DNA of 60,667 nucleotides, filler included, from Catajapyx aquilonaris (Eukaryota): NCBI GenBank assembly GCA_000934665.2. It is 2 parts of 2 records of this genome, joined end to end, with 100 filler letters (N's around TTAATTAATTAA, not from the genome) between each part and the next. Parts side by side here need not be neighbours in the genome. Positions count along the whole stretch, not along the records: positions 30,388 to 60,667 come from KZ539191.1; 1 more part is not named here. One strand, 5' to 3'. Shown piece by piece: positions 51,482 to 60,667 of this stretch (position 1 is its first letter; each line of letters starts with the position of its first letter). The notes under the pieces were generated by a model. It saw only the letters and a program-made list of their open reading frames with translations, ran no database searches and was not told where the DNA came from. The position numbers and the translations under genes were made by a program.

Positions 51482-52014
51482 CTGGGCCTGTTATCGCCAT
51501 GGATTGTCCGGAGTGGAAGGCACTTATTAGATATAAGGTGATGTGTGGGATTTGCCTCTTAATGCTGTATCTATTGTACAGGGTGTTCTATTGAAATGTC
51601 TATATTAATTAGCAAATTTTTGTCACTAGGTTTCGTATTTAATCAGTTACTTCTGCATACTTTCAGTCGTTATCAAAATTATTTAACTGATATTAACCAT
51701 CAGATTGCATGGAGCTGTTCTTTAACGCTACCACAGGGGATCCGGCCTGTTAAAATGGGTGCAATCATTAAAGTCTAATGCCAATTGTTTTAATGGGCCA
51801 TTCCCAGGCGGAAATTCAGTTTAATTCTGAGAGATCTATAGATGATTAGATTCGGCATAATATTAGCAGCTAATGTCGATAACCACTAAAAGCAACCTTG
51901 TAAAAGTAACTGCTTTAATAATCATGCAGAGTTGGGCCATCTCTGGCTTCGTCTGGAGTGGAATCTCCGCTAGACTAATCCACCCGTGGGAGTTCACAAA
52001 ATGACCGATTAGAG

Positions 52015-52120
52015 ACATTGCACTTGCACTTTGCACCTCCCCTCCCAGTCACCCTATGGTGGTATTCCACCCCCCACCCCCCAGAGGGCCTCGGGCCCTA
52101 TCACGGGTTACACTAAAAAA
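52015..52120 (+). mobile_element. 3' fragment of SINE family A
   Basis: ATTGCACTTGCAC and TGGTGGTATTCCACCCC match the body and tail of the other copies. Confidence 0.55.
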
Positions 52121-52323
52121 TTATAGAGAAGAAGTCATCAGCTTCTTTGGAGATATTTTCTGAAATAATCGATAAGTAATGTCTATTACTATCAAGATGA
52201 AAATTTAAAAACAGAATGTGAATCTTTCATTTCAGTGCACAAATTCTTTTATGTTATGCTACAGTTGACTTTTCGACTTGAACCATTGGATGTCTTAGTG
52301 GAGAGATCGCCAAACGCAGGTAA

Positions 52324-52645
52324 TTTTTTTTACTGTTTACTCCGTAGGCCCTTTCAGGGGAGGGGGTGAAATACCGCCATTTCACTCCATTTTTCTGGAT
52401 TAACTTCAATCTCCGGTGCAAGGAGTCAAGGATGTAGGGTTGGGATACGGATTTTTGGGGAGGGAACATAGGTGCAAGTGCAATACCTGAATAATGGGTC
52501 GTGTGCTGTTCCCCATGAGGTTAGGTTGCCAGACACCTCCCAAGGTGCAGGTCAGAGACCCTCCTGCCGCAGGTGAAAGGGAACTCCCCAGGCGCCGATC
52601 GAACATGGGGCCTTTCACTCAGCAAGCCGAGACGTTACCATCCCC
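52324..52645 (-). mobile_element. tRNA-derived SINE, family A
   Basis: Head GGGGATGGTAACGTCTCGGCTTGCTGAGTGAAAGGCCCCATGTTCGATC on the minus strand; body shared with the other copies. Confidence 0.85.
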
Positions 52646-53974
52646 TAAACACATGTAATATTGTGATTTTAATAAATGTAGGCTATCTTCATTCCCATTA
52701 CTTCAGGCATACAGTCCTACAGTGTGTTACAAGACGTGGTTACAAGTATTGAGGTCCTTTTAGTTAAATAATATATTTGCCCGGAGCTGTTATTTTTGTG
52801 TAGCGTTTTGCATCCCGACCGAGGTGCCCAACTATTACCATTATATCACTAGCTGTTATATTCGACCACACCTGGCAATAACATTGTGCACCTCGATCGG
52901 AACTCAAAAACCTACACAGAAATAACAGTTTCGGGAAAAATTTGCTATAAAGGGCCCCGATACTCTTAGAACATACCATAATTATGGTACGTATTTAATG
53001 GAGTTGCAGTACAATAATATCACGAAATTCGACAAACAGCGGGAAAAGCAAGCTATGGCAGAATGCAACTATCCAACTTCTCATTCGGTATCTAATATAT
53101 TGCGATCTTTATTGGACGAATGTAATCAGTGTAATAGTCTCTTTGCTTCTTTAGGGGTTAAATTTCTTTGTAAAATTTCCATAGCCTGGGACTAACTTTT
53201 CAATAAAGATTTTGACCAAAGCATTAAACTGATTCTTTTAAGCAGCTACTTTTTGCACAGCTACTTCTAGAGTTTATCTAAAATATTAGCATCTAATATT
53301 AAGTCTAACAGGATCGTTCTTTAACTGATACATGAGTATTGTCATCAGGTGACACTGCTTCAAATGGGATCATTATCAACATGTGAAGCTGGGAATTTCA
53401 TTCAAATTCATCCCTTGAAAGGGATGCATACATCGCAAATTAATAATTTTAGCTGCTACCATTTTTGTAAACAGTAGAAGCAATTATTTCTCAATATTAG
53501 CAGCTGTGCCAGAAATTCCTAACCACTAGAGACATTGCAGTTGAAAAACGAAGTTTATTTATTATAAATTATCTAGGCTACTTCTAATTGTAGTAGGTAG
53601 CTAAGTCAGAAGAGTATGACCTCACCAGCATATGTCAAGCCCCATTGCACCCCTTCCAACTCGTCGCTCCACCCGGTGAGAAATCTATGCACTTCTCAGG
53701 GCTAAAAAAATGAACGATGAAAAGATTGCAGCCCATGGAAACTTCCAGCCAACCCATCGACAAGTAGACCGACCGAGGGGCACAGCATCGTATGAAAGAT
53801 TACTAGGAAAAAATATTTGAATAAACAATCAATCAACAATCCAATGAATTTGAATAAATCTTATCAAAATAATCAAATATGTGGAATTGTCATTTATACA
53901 GGAGTGCTAATGGAAATGTTTGTTTTAGGTAACTTTTTGCAAAAGCTGCTTCGAGATGGAGGGAAGGGGGGAGG

Positions 53975-54060
53975 GGGGACCCCGGACTGGGATCGAACCC
54001 GGGACCTTAACATCCGTGCCGTGGGGGTATACGTTACCGCAGCGCCCCTCCGTCCCCCCC
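53975..54060 (-). mobile_element. Isolated tRNA-like SINE head
   Basis: B-box GGTTCGATCCC and an A-box-like GCGCTGCGGTAA; no convincing cloverleaf. Confidence 0.5.
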
Positions 54061-55620
54061 TACTCTATAAATATTAGAAGTATAGTCTATTGAATATTTG
54101 CCTTACATTTAACCCACCCCGTTTCCCCAAACACCGGTCTGTATGGCACAGGATATTCTATATTGTCACGTAATCAAAATTAAAGTGCTATTACAGCCTT
54201 AATAAAGGCACAGTCACCTATGTGAAAATAGAGAGGGAAAGTGCTCCCATTTTGCACCGTACTCTTTATGCCGACTAGCAAGTCACAAAAGCACGTTATC
54301 GAATCATTTTCATATCAAGATCCAATCAACATCGGATCACATTGTGCAGTTTTCAGGCCTGAGGCATGCCAGACGACAACATCTGAAGGGGGTGGGGGGA
54401 ATGCCACGTTGGCATTGACTAACCTAACTGGCTGCTGCAAACCTCCGTGGTATATGTTCGATGTTGGAGATTGTTGGTGCTGTACGGGCCCCCGACAACT
54501 TCCCTGGTGCTGCCACATGTTAATTTTGACAGGAACGGAATGTGGGCTGGCACTTGAAGGGCACAATCCAGTGTTTCTCGGGACATAACCCTCGTCTGCG
54601 ATGAGGAAGGGACCGAATCTAGACTGTCCGATGGCTGGTTCTCTCCCGCTGGGGCATGGTTTAGTAACTTCATCCCGTGGCCCCCACAGCCGAAATTTAA
54701 GGCACTGTATCATATCAAAAGCTTTAAAATCTCAGTTTGGGTTCACCTGAAATTATATCCTCTTTTGCTGAAAAAAAAAACACAGCTAAAGTGCCTTTAC
54801 GGTAGAGGCATAATAATTTATGTCACTCTTGATGCAGACTAATCAACAATGCTATCAGTTAAACCAATAAAATCAGTTAACAAACATTTCTTAGTTAACC
54901 TGTGTTTAGCAAATATTAGGCCTAGTAAAACATAACTCGCCTTCTGAGAACTGCTCGCTACTAATAAATAGTATAGTGTATCTTATTTTAAACATACTCT
55001 ACAGTCTACACTCTACAGGATCAGTACTGTAGCATGACTGACGGAACTCTAGAACCAACTAGACTATTAGAGATTCTGGGTGGCAAAAATTGAAATTAAA
55101 ATGCAAAAACATTCGCATAGGCTGCATATTATTTGAGGAAGTGGTCCAAGATCCGTACTTTGATGGGATATTGCCACATTCGACTATCTCAGAGATTATC
55201 AAATATATACAACAAAAAAAAAAGATTTTTTCCCCCTCTGAAATGGGAAAAACTCTGAAAAAACCATCTGCTTACAAAATGTACGGTGTGTTTTAGGGTC
55301 AACATAAAACAATATTTCAGTATATTTCGCACTGCGTTATTACATAATTATTATCAAGTAATATTCGTAGAGATTGCTAGACCCATTGGATTTTGTAAAA
55401 AAAATCGCGGCTGTTTAAAATATAGGTCTAAGTGAATATATGTTTAAAAAACAAGGTGGATTGTTCTGCAAACCCCAAGCAATATGATATGGGCCAGTCA
55501 AAAACGGCATTTCCCCGAAAACATGTTGGCCTCATTCGTTCATTTTATTTTTTCCCCACAATACTTCCACAACCTTATAATGTAATAGGGTCTATATCAA
55601 ACTAATTAGGATATACGTAA

Positions 55621-55660
55621 CTAGTAGCGGACCCGTTGCCAAATTTTGGCAACACGGCTT
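55621..55660 (-). mobile_element. Helitron-like 3' terminus
   Basis: Minus strand shows the hairpin GTTGCCAAA-A-TTTGGCAAC, then 10 nt, then CTAG followed by T. The 5' end was not located. Confidence 0.6.
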
Positions 55661-55949
55661 GGTCCACCCCCCAACTTGGAAGTTGTAGATAGGCCCCTAC
55701 CAGTTGGTGCATAGACTGTCCCTCTGCACACTACTGCCGTGCTTAGGGGAAAGTAGTAGGCCTACGACATGCACGTTGGTGATGAGTCCTTGCGCGGACA
55801 AAACCCACCAGGGTGCTATACCCAGTGCGTGTCTCGCATCCATTGAAGTGGGTCCCACCCTTCTCTGACCGCCAAATGTTCTACATTAAACGCGGAAAGT
55901 GATAAACCATGGTTACTACCAAACCCCGGACACCACCCCTATAATCTTA

Positions 55950-56650
55950 TCTTATCGCCTGACGGGGTGTTTTGCATGAGGTGCTCACTTTAGAGCGCCA
56001 TGAGACAGCCTTGCACTGCTACATTATGTGGCGACCCTACCGGATCGCGCTGAACTTTACAGGAACAAAAGGAAAGTGCTACATTGGGGGACCCAACATG
56101 GTCGCAGGCGGCCATGTTGGGCCCGCATGTAGCGGCTTCTCTTCTACCTAATTTCAGTGCGGTCCGGTAGGTTCGCCACATAATGTAGCAGTGAAAGGCG
56201 GTCTCATGGCGCTCTCTAGTGAGCACCTCATGCAAAACGCCCCGGCAGGCAATAAGAGGGAGTGACCAGACCATAGTATTATTATAACTTTACGTATAAG
56301 ACCAGCCCACGGACAGTTATACTACGTTCTGGCGTTATCACCTGCCGAGGCATTTTGCAGCGATTTCTCACCTGAGACCGCCATGAGACATTTCGGAGCC
56401 TCGACAAGTGGCGACCCTACCGGACCAAGGTTGAACTTTATAGGTACGAAAGGGGGGGCTACATAATGACCCAACATGGCCGCCGGCGGCCATGTTGGGC
56501 CCCCCAATGTAGCCCCCCCTTTCGTACCTATAAAGTTCAACCTTGGTCCGGTAGGGTCGCCACTTGTCGTGGCTCCGAAATGTCTCATGGCGGTCTCAGG
56601 TGAGAACTCGCTGAAAAACGCCCCGGCAGTGGGGGGGTGGGAGTGACCTA
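55950..56650. repeat. Two tandem, related ~300-bp palindromic units
   Basis: Palindromes ~55950-56257 and ~56335-56630 (the second centred at 56484/56485) share sequence, and each is followed by GGGAGTGACC. Confidence 0.9.
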
Positions 56651-56699
56651 ACCTGTCTTCTATAACCATGTATAAGACCATGGTTACTACTATCTAGGC

Positions 56700-56956
56700 C
56701 AGTGGTTCCCAACCTGGGGGTCACGACCCCCCAAAGTGGTCGCGAATCCTTTCCGGGGGGTCGCTCGTGGCCGCAGTGATTTGTATAAATTAAAAATAAT
56801 TAAATTTTTAAAAATGAATCGTAAATTTTTATAGGAAATTTCATCGCGAAGGGTTTTTTTTTGACACCTACTAACACTCAGGGATTGGGGGGGGGGGGNN
56901 NNNNNNNNAGGTTACTTGACTATCATAAAAGGGGGTCGCGACCATCGAACTCACTG
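56700..56956. mobile_element. hAT/Charlie-type MITE (right end degraded, contains a 10-N gap)
   Basis: Left TIR CAGTGGTTCCCAACC, GGGGTCGC repeats, vestigial CACTG end; no TSD match. Confidence 0.65.
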
Positions 56957-57595
56957 TTTAAATGGCATTCCGTGTCGGATCCGACGTCGGAGCCAGGGAG
57001 GCCAGCTCAAGTTAGTCACCTAGAGGCAGATCGGAGACGAGAGAGTGAGCGGGGCAAGACGTTGGATTGACTGTGCGAATCACTGTTCGACTCATCCCGG
57101 CTCTCTGATTGGCTAGTGCGGTCTTCTAAACTTAGCCGAACTCGTTGCCCCCCACACAACCTTCACCTCCACCTTTTTTTAAGTAGCCTATACAAACTTG
57201 TCCCCCACCCTCCATCCCTCTCCACAAAAACGTGTCCCCCCACCTTTGAACATGGAACCTCGGACATCGGACATCGAACGGCAGACCTCTGTCTGAAGAG
57301 GGTGTCCGTTGCCTCCGAGTCGGAGAGGCGGAGTCGGAGTCGGATCGACTGTGTAGAAGAATTATACTGGTTATTCCTATGGGTTTTCAAAAATGGACAT
57401 TCTTTTTTTATGGGAAGCGAGTTCACAAAAAAAATGGTTTGTCTACTTACTTCGGAAATCAGTGGTTCTGAATGTGCCACACACACGCATTCTCAATGGT
57501 GTCATCTCAAAACTGCATAGTGATTTAGCGGCGGAAGGGAATCTTTCATTCAACCAAGATCAACAGGAAATACTTTGTATAACACCAAAGAAATA

Positions 57596-57924
57596 ATTAA
57601 TTAATTAATTAATTAGATACCCCATTATCAGCCAACCGGGCTTTTCTAGGGGGGGGGGGGNGGGGGGAATTTATCCCAATTTTTTTCTGGAACTCTTTCC
57701 ATTTTTACTACTTTTTCATCGGAATAAGGCAAGGATAGGGAAGGAAGGAAGCGGCTGTGGCTGGGCTGTGGCCTATGATTACGGTAACGACCCCGGAATT
57801 ATCCTGCGAGGACCATGGGGAACCACAGAAAACCATGGTCAGGGTCGCCGGCCTCCGGGATTCGAACCCAGGACCTCCCCATAAGCAGTCGGACACCATA
57901 CCACTCCACCACTACTGCTTCGGT
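57596..57924 (-). mobile_element. Full-length tRNA-derived SINE, family B
   Basis: A-box TGGTGGAGTGG and B-box GGTTCGAATCC on the minus strand; (TAAT)n tail; 15-bp TSD AACACCAAAGAAATA at 57581-57595 and 57925-57939. Confidence 0.9.
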
Positions 57925-57999
57925 AACACCAAAGAAATAGCTATTGACTTTAAAGGGGATGTAAAGGGCTGACCAGCCAGTGCGGCTCTACAGCCTCTC

Positions 58000-59390
58000 G
58001 TACCCTATTTATTAACCAAGATACAAGCAAGGTACAAAATCAAACAAAATACAATATTACAAATAAGATACAATATTACAAAATCTTCTCCAGTTAGCTG
58101 TTCATCTCAGCCAAGACCGAGATGACATGTAGACAAAAGATGTTGAAAGCATCCCACATCTCTTGCACCAAAGTTTTCAAAGTGCAGGGCCAACCAAATC
58201 CTCTTGTGACCACTGCTGGACGGAGACACCTACGGGCGGCCAGCATCTCAGGAAGACGGCATTGCCATAGAATATGGGCAGCATCCTGGACACCAGTAGT
58301 GCACCAGTACCACAAGGACACCGGTCACTTCCACCATCCATCAGCAGGCCAAATCTGGTTAGGTAGGCCCGAACAGGCCCATGTCCAGAGACCAACCTTG
58401 CCACATGTCCATGCACATGACTATAATAGCTATTGACCATGGACAATACAGCAGGAACACATTGTAGGCTATACGGTATTGGCATCAACACACACTGGCT
58501 TATTCTCTGCAGCCATTGTGTGACGGAAGCAGTCCCCAAGACGCATTTCATCCCATCACTTTCACTTTCTTTCACCCTGAGCGGTATGCCGCTCAAGGTC
58601 CCTTTCCCTCTTTTTTCACTATGCCCTACTCCACCCATCATGCAGTGGGTTTTGGATAGCATAAAATGGGGGGATCTCCGGATACTCATGGCCAGTCGTT
58701 GGGTAGTTCACTGTGCCGATTCCCTCCTGCCTGTCCTCGCCTATGTTATCCGGTATTTTCCCATTATCTCCGTATCTCTCTGTACACTCGTAATAAAGGT
58801 CTGTATTGAGCAATGAACCCACTAGTGTTTTTGTACCGAATACGGTTACAATAGCATGATGCAGACTCGGAGGTGTATTTTTAAGTGCAGAAAAGTCGGA
58901 TTGTGTTCCTTGTATTGCACAGGTATAAGAAGGTGACTAATCGACTCTGGCTCAGCCTAGCAATGCTTAAGAGACAAAAACGTCCATCTAGATTCTATCA
59001 GAGTATCATCCAGAAAATAACATCTTTGAGGAATGATCATCAGTGTAAAACAATGATGTCCAGATAGGCCACGTGACCTTCATACCCTCACCCACACACA
59101 GCTGTGGGGACTGCAACCCCTTCAACCCTGACAACCCCTTCACACCAAGAATGATTGGTAAATATGTTAACAATAAAATGCACCATTGTTACAATCGATT
59201 TACGTAACTAAGCTATGCAAGTTGTAAACAGTCTTGGTCCGCTGTTCGACCGAGAAGGGAGTGTTTCTACAAGCTCCATAAAGTCCTCCGTTTTACCACT
59301 GAAGATCCCAAAACCAACCCTTGCAAAGGTAGGCCACGATCACCCAGAGGGACACTCACCTCAGTGAAAGTCAATGACCGCGTCTCAAGT
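58000..59390 (-). mobile_element. 5'-truncated, decayed non-LTR retrotransposon (R1-clade-like ORF2 end)
   Basis: LVSGHGPVRAYLTRFGL..CPCG / QDAAHILWQC C-terminal CCHC region (ORFs 58177..58689 and 58094..58321). RT remnant RGLPLQGLVLG near 59310-59340 (cf. GxPQGSVLGP). AATAAA on the minus strand near 58010. Confidence 0.8.
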
Positions 59391-59441
59391 CACCTTTTGC
59401 GTTTATACGCATATTATACATTATAGAGGGTGACCCATCAT

Positions 59442-59615
59442 CAGGGATGGGCACTAAATACTTGATTGTAATTAAATACTAAATACTAACTACTGCAAAA
59501 AATGTAATTAAATGCTAAATACTAAATACTGCACAAGAAAGTAATTAGATACTAAATACTAAATACATCAAAAGTATTTAAATACTTTCGTAAATACATT
59601 TCAAATACATTTTTT
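59442..59615 (+). mobile_element. One end of a hAT-like element with an AAATAC subterminal array
   Basis: Starts CAGGGATGGG; about ten TAAATAC-like motifs follow. Confidence 0.55.
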
Positions 59616-59685
59616 GTTAATGTGAACTATTTCTTGCCATCATTATTTGGATAAAAAATGAAAACATAACATATTTCTATTATTA

Positions 59686-60150
59686 CGAGGGGCATCCAGA
59701 AAGTAAGGTCCATTTTTTAATTAGAAAAAACACAATGCACCCCAGAAATTTTATTTACACATCTGAAATAGGCAACTGTCTACTTTTTTCAAAAATAGTT
59801 TCCAGCCAAATCGAGGCATTTTTCATTGAGTTACACACGATTTTGTATGCCTATGTCATAGAAGTCTGCCGCAAGCTATTTCCGCGACCCCTGAACGCTG
59901 GATTGCAATTCTTCTTCATTGTCAACATTATGCTTTGCAAGCCATTTCTTCCTGTCCATGGACAGGTAGTAATCGCTAGGCTCCAAATCACAAGTGATCA
60001 AACAATTCTCACTTGAATTGTTGCAGCAGGGTTCCAGCACGTAAAGACAGTAGGCAGACGGGCCGAGGGTCTGTCGGCAATATTATACCGATACGTTCCT
60101 TATTAATGGCCATCCTTATCTTCTGTAATGTCTCACAATAACCCTTTTGG
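59686..60150 (-). mobile_element. Mariner transposase 3' part plus TIR (pseudogene)
   Basis: TA then CGAGGG terminus. Translation YCETLQKIRMAI...LLQQFK*ELFDH / DLEPSDYYL..KKWL...ADFYDIGIQN..EKCLDLAGNY matches the mariner D,D34D C-terminus (YSPDLAPSD region). Confidence 0.9.
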
Positions 60151-60164
60151 ATTGATCAAACGTA

Positions 60165-60444
60165 GCGTTGAGTTTCGTGGTGTTTTCTTGCGCGACAGTG
60201 CCTGTCTGCCTAGTGCCTTGCGTATACTGGAACCATGCCCCAACAATACAAGTATATTCAAATGTGAATTGTTAGATCACCCGGGCAAGGTTGCACCCGG
60301 GATTTAGAGCCTAGCAATAATGACCACCTGTAAATGGACAGGAAGAAATGGCTTGCAAAGCAGAATGTTGACGATGACGAGGAATTGCATTCCAGCGTTC
60401 AGGGGTCGCGAAAATTACTTCTATGACATAAACATACAAAATAT
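60165..60444 (+). mobile_element. Inverted second copy of the same mariner 3' part, cut by a SINE
   Basis: RGVFLRDSA...FKCELLDHP / DLEPS..MDRKKWLAKQNVDDDEELHSSVQGSRK; reverse complement of the left arm. Confidence 0.85.
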
Positions 60445-60445
60445 A

Positions 60446-60667
60446 GGGGAGGTGCGGTGGCAGAGATGGCTTGCTGTGTGAAAGGTCCCAGGTTCGACCC
60501 CCGCCTGGGAGTTCCCTTTCACCTGCGTCGGGAGGGTCTCTGACCCTTACCTTGGAGGTGTCTGGCAACTACCTAACCTCCTGGGGGACATGCACATGGC
60601 TCAAACTTGAGACATTGCACCTGCACCTACGTTCCCTCCCCAAAAATTCCTACCCTTACCCAATGTC
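60446..60667 (+). mobile_element. tRNA-derived SINE, family A (runs off the window end)
   Basis: Head with B-box GGTTCGACCC; body shared with the 48.8-kb and 52.3-kb copies. Confidence 0.85.

Noticed and set aside
53975..54060. Functional tRNA gene
   Set aside because: Has a B-box but no convincing cloverleaf or pol III terminator; treated as a SINE head.

Overview
Repeat-rich eukaryotic DNA, most likely arthropod (probably insect, judging by the mariner and tRNA-derived SINE types). I recognise no intact gene and no host exon. The left half (~1.2-29.9 kb) is almost continuous, intron-less, decayed coding sequence on the minus strand. Manual translation through stops and frameshifts recovers, in Flaviviridae polyprotein order, remnants of an NS3-like serine protease motif (~18.36 kb), SF2 helicase motifs (18.05-16.9 kb) and RdRp motifs F, A, B, C and E (13.18-12.36 kb; motif C reads DGDD). 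I interpret ~29.9-11.1 kb as an ancient, near genome-length endogenous pesti-like/large-genome flavi-like virus (EVE-A). In tandem and on the same strand lies a second, divergent relic (EVE-B, ~10.7-1.2 kb) that is collinear with the N-terminal part of EVE-A. Both were later disrupted by inserted repeats and microsatellites, and apparently by transposon-excision footprints. The right half, after a 100-bp gap/linker, is ordinary non-coding DNA containing SINEs, hAT and other MITEs, hairpins, a Helitron-like 3' end, an R1-like LINE fragment and a rearranged mariner. All protein assignments are by eye from degenerate motifs; no database search was run.
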